Shown here: in pieces, positions 1 to 9,468 of the stretch | Numbering within the stretch: the first letter of the stretch is position 1 | Layout of the letters: every line of letters starts with the position of its first letter | Source of the DNA: Spirochaetia bacterium | GTDB lineage: Bacteria; Spirochaetota; Spirochaetia; UBA9216 | Assembly: GCA_963677925.2 (NCBI GenBank) | Contig: CAXXYH010000003.1 | Location: 1,344,001-1,408,000 of the forward strand | Direction of reading: 5' to 3' | DNA: 64,000 nucleotides | Notes under the pieces: generated by a model | The model's database searches: none | Seen by the model: the letters and a program-made list of their open reading frames with translations, nothing else | What the model was told of the DNA's origin: nothing | Translations under genes and position numbers: made by a program

Positions 1-913
1 TTCTTGCCGCAAGATCTGATAAAATCAGGAGGCAGGCCCCACCCGCAGCGGAAGCCGGAAGCAGGCGGCTGTGTTCAGGTCCGGTTATCATCCGCATAAG
101 ATGAGGAACAATAAGACCGATAAAACCGATTATTCCCGAAACTGAAACTATTGCCGCAATAATTACGCAGCTTATAATCAGAAAGAATGCTCCTGTACGC
201 TGAGGATCGACCCCCAGGGAGTGGGCTTCGGTACTTCCGAGTGACATTATATTGAGCTTTCTTGAGTTAAGCATCAGAAATCCGCCGCAGACAATAACAA
301 CCGAACCGCAGAGTATCACCTTCTGCCAGCCGGCTGAAGTAAAGCTGCCCATCATCCACATCACGATACTGTCAATTTCACTTCGGTTGAGCATCATCAT
401 AAATGATATTCCTGCCTGAAATATATAGCCTATGGCTATGCCGCCGAGAAGCATTTTTCCGAAATCCCCCCGGCGGTTGCCGGCCAGGGCAAAAACAAGA
501 AATACCGTAAGCACCGAACCGATAAAGGCGGAAACAGATATTATACCTATTCCGGCGGTCAGGATTCCTGCTCCGGATATTATTGCAACAGTTGCACCGA
601 GCGAGGCTCCGGAAGAGATTCCCAGAAGATAGGGTTCGGCAAGCGGATTACGGAATACCGCCTGAAAGACAACACCCGAGGCGGCAAGTCCAGCACCGGC
701 AAAAGCAGCAAGCAGTACACGGGGAAGCCTGACTGAAAAAAGGATTAGAAGTGCCGAACGCGGTATAGCAAATGAAGTAATTCCGGCCTTATTCAGAATA
801 GCTTTAAGCGCAGTTAAAAATCCCACATCCGCTGCGCCCCATGAAGCCGAAAAAGGGATGAGGAAGATAAGCATAAGAAAAGGCAGTATAACAGCAGCGG
901 TTCTTTTAGACAT
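1..913 (-). CDS. btuC: Cobalamin/iron-siderophore ABC transporter permease (BtuC/FecCD family), runs off the window start
   Basis: Manual translation from ATG at 913: MSKRTAAVILPFLML...RLPRVLLAAFAGAGLAASGVVFQAVFRNPLAEPYLLGISSGASLGA, with FecCD motifs RLPR and RNPLAEP. Directly downstream of btuF. Absent from the ORF track because it has no stop in the window. Confidence 0.9.
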   Translation of the reverse strand, partial: MSKRTAAVILPFLMLIFLIPFSASWGAADVGFLTALKAILNKAGITSFAIPRSALLILFSVRLPRVLLAAFAGAGLAASGVVFQAVFRNPLAEPYLLGISSGASLGATVAIISGAGILTAGIGIISVSAFIGSVLTVFLVFALAGNRRGDFGKMLLGGIAIGYIFQAGISFMMMLNRSEIDSIVMWMMGSFTSAGWQKVILCGSVVIVCGGFLMLNSRKLNIMSLGSTEAHSLGVDPQRTGAFFLIISCVIIAAIVSVSGIIGFIGLIVPHLMRMITGPEHSRLLPASAAGGACLLILSDLAAR

Positions 914-940
914 CAGAAGATCTCCGGATTTGCATAGAGC

Positions 941-1837
941 TTACTGAACAGAGGTAAACAGATTGTTGAGAGACTCAAGTCCGTCAATAAGCCTCGGCCC
1001 CTGCCGTGTGATAATGTCTTCATCAAGTTCAAAAACTCTTCCATCCTTTACCGCGGTCAGCTGCGAATATACCCCGAAGCTGCAGAAAGATTCCTTCATT
1101 CCAAGCGGAACAATGATTATTTCAGGATCCCGCTCAAGAAGAACTTCAAGCGAGAATGACCAGCCTGAAACATCTGCAGCAATATTATCTCCGCCTGCTG
1201 ATTCAATCATCTTCCCTATGAAGGTGTCGCCGCCGGCTGTCCAGTCCCCGCCTTCGCCGAAACCGACAACGTAATAAACATCAGGGTGTGAATCCATCCC
1301 CCTGACATCTGAAACAAGGGCCTCATAACGGCTCTTCAATACCAGGTTAAGCTTTTCAGCTGAGTCAGCAGCTCCTAGATCTGAACCTATTCTCCCGATT
1401 ATATCATAAAGCCCTTCAAATTCTTCAGGTGCGTAGTAAAATCTTACATCAATACCTGCCTGCTGCAGAAGCTCTCCTGCCGCCTTCGATCCGTGAGTCG
1501 AGGCAATAACAAGATCGGGTTCAAGAGCAATAATCATCTCAGTATTCGGTTCCTGAATTGAACCGATTGACTGAATGCTCAATGCATCAGGCGGGTAGTC
1601 ACAATAATCTGTCCTGCCCACCAGGAGATCGCCCTTACCCAGAGCAAATATAGTTTCAGTTATATTCGGGCCAAGAGAAACTACCCTGAGAGTCCCGGAA
1701 GAATCAGCTGCAGGACCTGCCTCAGTTTCAGACCGGCTGTCTATTGAGGAAGCTTCTTCTTTGACTCCGCCGGCGAAAGCCGTAAAAGGCAGAATACTGA
1801 GAAGGATGAAAATAACAATGGTTTTATTTTTAAGCAT
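941..1837 (-). CDS. btuF: Cobalamin ABC transporter periplasmic binding protein (BtuF-like)
   Basis: RVVSLGPNITETIFALG, VGRTDYCDYP, EPDLVI and RQGPRL motifs; signal peptide; lies in the riboswitch-led operon. Confidence 0.88.
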   Translation of the reverse strand: MLKNKTIVIFILLSILPFTAFAGGVKEEASSIDSRSETEAGPAADSSGTLRVVSLGPNITETIFALGKGDLLVGRTDYCDYPPDALSIQSIGSIQEPNTEMIIALEPDLVIASTHGSKAAGELLQQAGIDVRFYYAPEEFEGLYDIIGRIGSDLGAADSAEKLNLVLKSRYEALVSDVRGMDSHPDVYYVVGFGEGGDWTAGGDTFIGKMIESAGGDNIAADVSGWSFSLEVLLERDPEIIIVPLGMKESFCSFGVYSQLTAVKDGRVFELDEDIITRQGPRLIDGLESLNNLFTSVQ

Positions 1838-1851
1838 CAGGATATTCTCCG

Positions 1852-3339
1852 TTATTCTTTGTTATATATTAATAAAGCACCGGGTCCGTCCCCGGAAGTC
1901 CACGAACCTGCAGAGACACCCTCCGGTGTTACAGCCACTATTCTGTCTTCACTGAAGAAACTGATATAAAGAAGATCATCATCTTCATCATAACTCAGAC
2001 CTGAATAATAGTCATATGCGGTATTCTCAGCCTCAATTATCATGTTATCGGATGAATGCAGTACTGAATAGCCGGAAAAACTGTTTCCGTATTTAAAGGA
2101 CTGGATCCCCCCTACCCCTGCAAGATAAACAGTTTGACCTGATTCATCTACAGATTCGCGAAACAACACCGGCGATCCGCCGATATCCAGATGCCCTTCA
2201 TAGGAGGGGGCTGCCGGACTGCTTAAATCAAGCACAAGAATTATACCGTCATCAGGATTGGTTCCGGGTTTTTCAGCCCCGACATCATACCGCACAGTTG
2301 TTGAACCGGGCAGATACGGCAGGTATTCAGAGTCAGTGAATGCCGATGCTGATCCGCCGTTGGTTCCGGTGCAGACAATTGTCAGCAGGCCGTTGTGAAT
2401 GAATGAAGACTGAGGGTTCAGTCCGTTACCCGGGAAATATTCCCCATTCACATCTGAGGCCCCGTAGTAGATATCCTCGAGGTTTAATTCAGCAACAAGA
2501 TGGAGATTTATTGATGATTCAGCTGCGCCGTCAGTAAGAGCCGGGACATTGAAGCTGAAAATACTAAGAGTCGCTTCGCGGAACTCTCCCGGCGCCTGAA
2601 CATTGCTTCCGCTGTACTCTGCAAGGGTATCACCTTCGGTCAGCAGGATTCCCGCATCGTAGCGGACATTGGTAACATAGAGCCAGCCGGTACCACCGTC
2701 AATATAAACCGAGCCCGATGTAGAGCCCCGCTTTTTATTATCGCCTGCTGCATTTTTTACAGTCGGCTCTGTCTGAGTTTCGGAATGTTCAAATGAAGAA
2801 TCATCAAGCTCTTCAAAACAGGCGGTAAAGCTGTAGGCCGTCTCAGTATCATTGAGGTTAACCAGCTGTACTTCATCCGTCTTGTATCCGGAAACAAAGA
2901 CCCATGAGGTTCCGTCAACGGGTATAAAATACATCGGATTGTAGCCGTTTTTAAAATAGTGCCTGTAATCGGGCAGGTAGTCGAGAATCTGAGCGTCTGC
3001 GGATTCCCCGGCATCATATGCTTCAATAGCATTCTGCCCCGACAGAACCACATAGAGTCTGCCGTCATACTGATAGAGGTCATTGGGAACGGCACTGCTG
3101 CTGTTGTAGTATCCTACAGTCTGCAGTGAGTTATATATAGTACCCTCATCAAGATCGAGTCCGCTAAGACTTTCAGCCGAGCCGTTTAGAATATACAGAC
3201 ATCTTTGAACATCGGCTGCAAAAAAAGCCTGATAATCAGTATCGTAAACAGGAGTGCAGGATAAGGTAATTAACAAAATCAAAGCAGATATACTCATTCC
3301 TCCGCGGAGAAGTCCTGCAGCGGGTTTATTTATTTTCAT
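1852..3339 (-). CDS. Surface lipoprotein, probable beta-propeller (BtuG/YncE-like B12-capture protein)
   Basis: Lipobox LSC; blade-like segments (PNDLYQYDGRLYVVLSGQNAIEAYD, WLYVTN, TVYLAG, LLYISF); C-terminal GDGPGALL; overlaps the btuB stop. Confidence 0.6.
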   Translation of the reverse strand: MKINKPAAGLLRGGMSISALILLITLSCTPVYDTDYQAFFAADVQRCLYILNGSAESLSGLDLDEGTIYNSLQTVGYYNSSSAVPNDLYQYDGRLYVVLSGQNAIEAYDAGESADAQILDYLPDYRHYFKNGYNPMYFIPVDGTSWVFVSGYKTDEVQLVNLNDTETAYSFTACFEELDDSSFEHSETQTEPTVKNAAGDNKKRGSTSGSVYIDGGTGWLYVTNVRYDAGILLTEGDTLAEYSGSNVQAPGEFREATLSIFSFNVPALTDGAAESSINLHLVAELNLEDIYYGASDVNGEYFPGNGLNPQSSFIHNGLLTIVCTGTNGGSASAFTDSEYLPYLPGSTTVRYDVGAEKPGTNPDDGIILVLDLSSPAAPSYEGHLDIGGSPVLFRESVDESGQTVYLAGVGGIQSFKYGNSFSGYSVLHSSDNMIIEAENTAYDYYSGLSYDEDDDLLYISFFSEDRIVAVTPEGVSAGSWTSGDGPGALLIYNKE

Positions 3340-5356
3340 AGTAGTATTTACCCTTTATGGTCCATTCAAATCCCGGCACGGGATAGCCGAGCCGGTCGAT
3401 ATATTCGACATTTGTAATGTTATCCGCAATTGCCGAAAGCCTGAGACTCTCTCCGATATTCACATTCAGTGCTGCCGACATGATAAAGACTGCATCGAGA
3501 GCCTTTGTGTTTGAATTATTTGTATACCTGTAGCTGATAAAAGAGCCGCCGATCTCGAGGGTATCATCGTATTCATCCGTCAGGCGCAGTGAAATATCGG
3601 CGGTGTGCCCGGGACGGTAGGCAAGCTGTTTACCGAAATTTACCGAGGTATCATCTGCATCTACACAGTTCAGCCAGCTGTAGGCCGCAGTCAGATCAAG
3701 AAGGACCGGAATGATAACTGGTTCGTACAGCCATGATGCAGAGGTTTCTATTCCGTAATTTTCTGCAAGGCCGATATTACGGGGACGCCAGATACCGCCC
3801 GCCGAAGGCATCCACTGTATAAGGTTTTCAAGGTTCGAATGAAAGAATACCGCTTCAAAACTTAATCCGGATTCATCCAGATCAAGATACATCCCCGCAT
3901 CCCAGCTGAAGCTTGTTTCAGGTTCCAGATCGGGATTGCCTGAGGCGAATGAGCCGGAGGGCCAGAAAAGATCACGGAAAGACGGACTGTTGTATCCGGT
4001 ACCGGCATTCAGTTTAAAATAAAGCGGACCTTCAGCGGTTTCAGTCCTGAATGGCGAATATCCGGCTGCCGCCGACCATGAGAAGGCATTATTGAAGATA
4101 TCGCCGTATCCTGCATAAATACTGTAATCAAAATCATATCGAACCGCCGGAATCAGATCAAAACTGCCGTATTCAGCAGTAAGATTCAGCCAGCTACTTC
4201 CCGAATGCTGTGAAGCATTACCGGCAACTGCTGAGAGGGTGCTGTCTGAGAGCGCGTTCGAATAGAGGTAATCGAATGAATATTTCAGGCCTGCATTATA
4301 ATCCAGAAGAAGTGATCCTGCCTCCTGAAAAGTCTGCCAGGAGATTTCCGATGCTATTGATGTATTGTCGTTGATGTTATTTACATCATCTTCAGGGTTG
4401 ATATAGTTGCTGTACAGATTATTAAGTGATGCAGAGAAGAAAAATGCGCCGGAAGATTCGGTTTCCAGGGTTCCATTAACTGAGACACCGGCAGTGCGAT
4501 CTGTGATCTCAGCTTCAGGAGTGAGGAACTCGGAGATTCCCGGAACTCCCCGGTTCGTGCAGTCAAATACAGTATCAGCAGAAACTGAAATCATAGCCTC
4601 TTCAGGTTCTACCCAGTTAAGAACTCCGGTTCCTCCGGCGCTCCAGCCGCTGTTATTCTCACGCACCAGACTGCCTTCCTGCGAACTGTATTCATAGTTT
4701 CCGCGGGTATACAATCCTCCGCCGGATATGGATGCGTCAAAACCGCTTTCTCCGAACAAGGGGCCGGAGACTAGAGCATTAAGCAGATGAGTATTCCAGG
4801 AACCGTAACCGTAAGAAGCCTCAGCTGTTAAATGTTTTTTTTCAGGTTCCCTGGTGATGATGTTGATTACTCCGCTGAATGCACCGTCGCCGTACATAGC
4901 TGCTCCGGCTCCTCGTATCACTTCAATGCGTTCGACATTTTCAAGCCGTATTCCGCCGAGGTCGGAAGTCCCGCTCCAGACCGATGCCGAGGGTTTACCG
5001 TCAATAAGGATAAGGACCTGTGCGTCGGTGCTGCCCCTGATGCTTATCTTAACCGGTTCAAGAACCCCGCCCTGTTTGGCAATTACAACACCGGGCACCT
5101 GCTCAACAGCCTCGGCAACAGTCCGGGCTCCGCTTGTTTCAATGTCTTCACGGTCAATTACAGAAACCTGTCCCGGAGTAATAAGTTCTTCCTCGTCGAC
5201 AGCGCTGTCTTCGATTAGCACCTCACCCTCATAGGTGTAGGTATCATCAGCGGTTATTTCGTATTCAACGGCCTGTTCATCCTGAGCACTGAGAGTAGTG
5301 ATCGCTGAGCTGAAAAAGATGAGAATTAAAATAAAATCAGGGAGCTTCTTCAACAT
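3326..5356 (-). CDS. btuB: TonB-dependent outer-membrane receptor, vitamin B12 (BtuB-like)
   Basis: Plug motifs (VSVIDREDIE, SIRG, VLILIDG, IEVIRGAGAAMYGDGAFSGVINIIT), barrel motif GNPDLEPE, aromatic C-terminus; downstream of cobalamin riboswitch. Confidence 0.88.
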   Translation of the reverse strand: MLKKLPDFILILIFFSSAITTLSAQDEQAVEYEITADDTYTYEGEVLIEDSAVDEEELITPGQVSVIDREDIETSGARTVAEAVEQVPGVVIAKQGGVLEPVKISIRGSTDAQVLILIDGKPSASVWSGTSDLGGIRLENVERIEVIRGAGAAMYGDGAFSGVINIITREPEKKHLTAEASYGYGSWNTHLLNALVSGPLFGESGFDASISGGGLYTRGNYEYSSQEGSLVRENNSGWSAGGTGVLNWVEPEEAMISVSADTVFDCTNRGVPGISEFLTPEAEITDRTAGVSVNGTLETESSGAFFFSASLNNLYSNYINPEDDVNNINDNTSIASEISWQTFQEAGSLLLDYNAGLKYSFDYLYSNALSDSTLSAVAGNASQHSGSSWLNLTAEYGSFDLIPAVRYDFDYSIYAGYGDIFNNAFSWSAAAGYSPFRTETAEGPLYFKLNAGTGYNSPSFRDLFWPSGSFASGNPDLEPETSFSWDAGMYLDLDESGLSFEAVFFHSNLENLIQWMPSAGGIWRPRNIGLAENYGIETSASWLYEPVIIPVLLDLTAAYSWLNCVDADDTSVNFGKQLAYRPGHTADISLRLTDEYDDTLEIGGSFISYRYTNNSNTKALDAVFIMSAALNVNIGESLRLSAIADNITNVEYIDRLGYPVPGFEWTIKGKYYYENK

Positions 5357-6365
5357 TAATACCCATCGCCCCCATTATCCTGGCGCCCATCATCCAGACT
5401 GGCCTACAGTCCTGACCGTCTAGGGCCTCGGGAGCATCTTCAAAACGAATGTACCGCATTTTACCATTGGACGACCAGGAAGATTCACCATCAGGCCATG
5501 ATGAGTTTGACTCATTGACAGTATAAAAATCAGCCAAATCAAAATAATCACCGCCTATATATGGATAAGACTCATACCCGGGATCATCCGGATTCGGACT
5601 GAAGTAACGTGATACATATACCTGATTCCCTTCAGAATCAGTTACCTCCTGATAGCGCTCATTGGAATCAAGCTCTTCAGCCGCTACTTCATTCCTGAAA
5701 TTTGCCCATGTATGATTGTTTCCATGCAGACCTGAAACCTTAGACCAGTCGTAGTTATCATTTATTGTTCCGGGAGAAGTATTAACAACATATGTTTCTG
5801 CAGAGCTTTTATACCAGATCGTATCATCGGGATTATCAGGATCGTAAGTTTCAGCAACCCATACATATGCAAGCTCATTCCATGAACCGTCGGCGACACC
5901 GCTTAGAAGGTTGTGATTTGAGAATGTCACAAAATCATCTCCCTCGCCGTCAACAATAACCCAGTCGGCATCAAACTGCCAAATTCCCCAGCCGCCTTCA
6001 CCAAGAACTGTCATATCAGCTTTTGAACTCCAAACGGCTACAGAACCCTCAGGAGGGCCGCAGGCTCCTTCCGCAGTACTGTCAAGCGGATACCTTTCTG
6101 AATTATAATAATCAGGAGAATCGGAAGCTCTCACCTCACCGACCTGTCCGAACTCCCAGGCAAGCACAGCGGTCAGATAAACATTGTCCGGGTAACCGGA
6201 ATCGGCACTTAAAACATCCTGCCAGTCCCCTACGGCAGCATCATCCTCAATATCAGGACTGTAGGCACTATCCGGCAAGTCCCCGCAGCCTGAAAAAAGC
6301 AGGACAGAGAAAACCGGAACAATAAAAAGAATAGAATATAAAAATCGATTTGTTGTTACCGGCAT
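5337..6365 (-). CDS. Lipoprotein with BtuH-like (B12-binding surface protein) signature
   Basis: Lipobox FSGC; VLGEGGWGIWQFD-x5-VDGEGDDFVTFSN, ELAYVWV, GGDYFDL and MRYIRFED resemble the SLGxxGG..FD..NG.G.DF..F.N pattern I recall for Bacteroides BtuH-type proteins. Confidence 0.55.
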   Translation of the reverse strand: MPVTTNRFLYSILFIVPVFSVLLFSGCGDLPDSAYSPDIEDDAAVGDWQDVLSADSGYPDNVYLTAVLAWEFGQVGEVRASDSPDYYNSERYPLDSTAEGACGPPEGSVAVWSSKADMTVLGEGGWGIWQFDADWVIVDGEGDDFVTFSNHNLLSGVADGSWNELAYVWVAETYDPDNPDDTIWYKSSAETYVVNTSPGTINDNYDWSKVSGLHGNNHTWANFRNEVAAEELDSNERYQEVTDSEGNQVYVSRYFSPNPDDPGYESYPYIGGDYFDLADFYTVNESNSSWPDGESSWSSNGKMRYIRFEDAPEALDGQDCRPVWMMGARIMGAMGINVEEAP

Positions 6366-6377
6366 AAACAGTTCCTG

Positions 6378-6893
6378 TTATTCTGAGAGAGTCAGGGTAG
6401 AGAAATAACTGAAGTAGCCGTTAGCTTCAGTAATAGTAGCAAGAGCTTCATCAGGATCTGTTATTTTATCAGCACCGTAGAGGTAGCCTTCGGAATACTC
6501 AACAGTTGTAACTCCGTCTACTGTCTGCAGGTTATACCATCTGATAACCGAATAAGTGTCCACGTATGCAGAATCTACATGCGCGGTATATTTAATCAGA
6601 AGGTAGCCGTAATTATCTGCATCATCCGGATTCTCGGATTCATCGTTGTATGTGATATTGCTGTACTTAACGATATCACCGCTGTAATCCCAGTCCCAGG
6701 CACTCGAATCATCTTCGGCAAAGGTAGAATCTGAACTGAATGTCCAGGTGGTTCCATAACCTGCATCCCATTCTCCTATCAGGGAAGGTTCGGTTAAAAA
6801 GCTCAGGGCATCGCTGCACCCGGTTGATGAAAGAATGATCACGGAAAGGGCAAGCAGCATTGCCAGTGTCTTAAATAGTTTTTTCTGTTTCAT
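6378..6893 (-). CDS. Small acidic lipoprotein of unknown function, first gene of the B12 operon
   Basis: Lipobox STGC; beta-rich LIGEW start; strong SD AAGGAG; directly after the riboswitch. Confidence 0.75.
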   Translation of the reverse strand: MKQKKLFKTLAMLLALSVIILSSTGCSDALSFLTEPSLIGEWDAGYGTTWTFSSDSTFAEDDSSAWDWDYSGDIVKYSNITYNDESENPDDADNYGYLLIKYTAHVDSAYVDTYSVIRWYNLQTVDGVTTVEYSEGYLYGADKITDPDEALATITEANGYFSYFSTLTLSE

Positions 6894-6896
6894 TTG

Positions 6897-6925
6897 TTTC
6901 TCCTTTTCAAAGGAAAAGCGGAGAA
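6897..6925 (-). promoter_or_regulatory. SD-sequestering hairpin (probable riboswitch expression platform)
   Basis: mRNA TTCTCCGCTTTTCCTTTGAAAAGGAGAA: TTCTCC and TTTCCTTT can each pair with the AAGGAGAA Shine-Dalgarno. Confidence 0.6.
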
Positions 6926-7002
6926 TACCTTACTAGTTATACGAAAAATAGTATCAGGTATATCCGGCTCAGTCCTCGAAGCCAAATAATAAAGTTGGGT
7001 GT

Positions 7003-7152
7003 TACACCAATGTTTCCTGACTTATGGCATATCCGGATATCCCGAACCTTCCCATGCATGCGCACAGTGGTAAAAACGGGACTAATGCCAATTACAGTGG
7101 CGGGTCCGCGGAGGATTTTCACCTCGCTTCCATTGAAATGTACCGGTTATTC
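7003..7152 (-). ncRNA. Cobalamin riboswitch
   Basis: Minus strand reads GGT...AATGGAAGCGAGGTGAAAATCCTCCGCGGACCCGCCACTGTAA...ACCACTG...GGGAAGG...AAGTCAGGAAAC (B12 box), upstream of a btuB/btuF/btuC operon. Confidence 0.93.
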
Positions 7153-7191
7153 TCTCATAAAAAGAGACTGTTATCAAGCCGGAGTATTAAT

Positions 7192-9283
7192 CTATGAGAA
7201 ATTATTAAGTCTTGACTTGCCGGCGGTTTCCGGGATTGATATTGTGTACAGAGCTTCTTTCCGGCTGTAGGAAAGTTCTGCATACAGCTGTCCGCACAGC
7301 AGACGGATAAGCTTCAGTCCCAGACTGGCTCCACTGTACTGATCGAAATCAAACCCCGGTCCGTTGTCCCTGTATTTAAATGTTATTGAACCGTCACTTC
7401 CGGCAGTTAACTGTATCCGGATTACGGAAGCCTCCAGGTCTTTAAAAGCATACTTCATGCTGTTCGTTATCAGCTCATTAAGAATAAGTCCGAGTGGAAT
7501 TGCATAATCGATATGCATCGTACAGGCCGGACATTCAATTTTTATATCAACCTTATTAGGATAAGAGCGCGTAATAAACTCTGTTAATGAAATAATGTAA
7601 TCTTTGAGATCGAGGGTTGAAAGAGAACCGCCTGCATATAGCTTGTCATGCGCACCTGCCATGGCAGTAACTCTGTGTTCGGAGGTTTTCAGAGCTTCAA
7701 CAGCATTCTCATCAGTCAATATGAATGACTGCAGTTTTAAAAGCCCGGATATGGTCTGCAGATTATTTCTAACCCTGTGATGAAGTTCGTTTAAGCAGCA
7801 TTTCCCTCTCATTCAAAGAGCTCACAAGCTGGCTTTCCGCTTCCTTATAGGCTGAAATATCCCTCAAAATGCTTATATAGGCATTTTTACCCTTATATAA
7901 AAACCCGCCTGTATTGACTTCAAAATACCTGACATCTTCGCCGCCCTTCTCCGGTTCATAAATTCTGCATGAAAGCTCCTCTCTAAGGCTTTCAGTGCCG
8001 GAATCAATTCTGTAGAAATCCGAGTTGATTTCACTGAAGATATCCCTGTGTGCTTTTTTGAAGGCAGGAAACAGGACATTGCGGTATCGTTCAGCTTTGG
8101 AATTTTCAAAAAGAATCCGGCCTTCCATACTGTGTACTACAGCGATATCCGGGATATGATTGAAAAGCGACTTAAAAAGCACTGCGGACTGCTTTCTTAA
8201 GCTAACATTAAACAGAAGAAGACCGATCAGAAACAGCAGTACTGCAAAAGAGCCGATAATAAACCAGAACAGAGGTCTGTTCTGATAATACATGGTATCA
8301 GGAACGTTAATAAGGACCGTACCAGGAGGAAAATCAGAAGGAGATATGCCGAATTTTCTCGATTCCGCATAATTCATGTAGGGAATAACGCTCGAATCAA
8401 CCTGAACACTGAGCATTTCAGCAGGCGTACCCGAAAGAACCTCTAAAGCAGTGGTACCCAGATATATACCCTGTTTTTCTGATGAGGCAACCAGCCCTCC
8501 TACACATCCGTCGGCAACATAATTATCCCAGAGAGCAAAAACGGGAGCTTTGGAGGCCTTAACAATAAGGGGATTAATAGTTTCAGGTTCAAACACAGTT
8601 CCATCAGGATCCCTGAGATAACTCAGGTTTAAAACTGCAGAATTATCAGGAATTTCAGTCAAATTCTGCAGCAGGTCCGCCTCCGGGAGTCCCTGGAGTA
8701 TGATATAGCTGAATCTTGCTGAAAATTCTTTTGACTCCAACTCAAATCTTTTTAAATTTGTTTTTCCGGTAGAAGTATTATCTACAACGACTACCACAGT
8801 GCTGATATCAAGAGGCAGAGAGCTTATCAGTTCAAGGTTTGCCGATATATCAAAGTTTTCTACGGCTCCTGTAATATGAGGTCTCTGCATCAGATTATGA
8901 GACCCCAGCAGGTTTACACCGCAGAAAATAACCGGAACCTCCGGAAAAAAATCCGCGCTGTGCTCAAGAAGAAAACGCAGTGCGTTATCATCGGAAGTCA
9001 GAAACAGGTCAAAATCTGTTTGAGCATATTTCTGAATGAGATAATTATAAAAAGCATCTGAAACAGAAACATAAGAGAACAGCTTGGTATCCAGATATTC
9101 CCTGTGGATTTTAGCAAATGGGTATTTTTCAAGAATCACGGAACTTAATGAGGCATCTATGCGCTGGGTCCACTTATGGGATGAATGATATGAGTGTATA
9201 ACTAAAATCTCGGGATTATCACGATCTGAAAAAACCGAAGACAGAGAAACCACAAACATTATCAGAAAAATCAGATACCGCAT
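7192..9283 (-). pseudogene. Sensor histidine kinase (periplasmic ABC-type sensor + TM + PAS-like + HisKA_2/HATPase) split by a 1-nt frameshift at about 7789-7795
   Basis: ORF 7769-9283 ends SLNEREMLLK|RTSSQG, while ORF 7192-7812 carries ELHHRVRNNLQ and the N, G1 and G2 boxes. Removing one base from CTT AAA C GAA restores LLKELHHRV. Confidence 0.75.
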
Positions 9284-9468
9284 TTATAAATTATAAAGAA
9301 AATTTAAAATAAACACAAAACTTGTTAAAAAAATAATTTTTTCTTGCTTTCAGGAAACAAAATCATAGAATTAACCATAGCTATCAAGAGTCACAACAGT
9401 CTCGCTGATGTATAGCAACAGTTAAGCATGACTTTTTACAACAGATTTTCAACAGGGAGAATGAAAAA

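Noticed and set aside
6937-7270. Short ORFs 6937-7122 (-) and 6995-7270 (+)
   Set aside because: They overlap the cobalamin riboswitch, have no SD and show no protein-like features.
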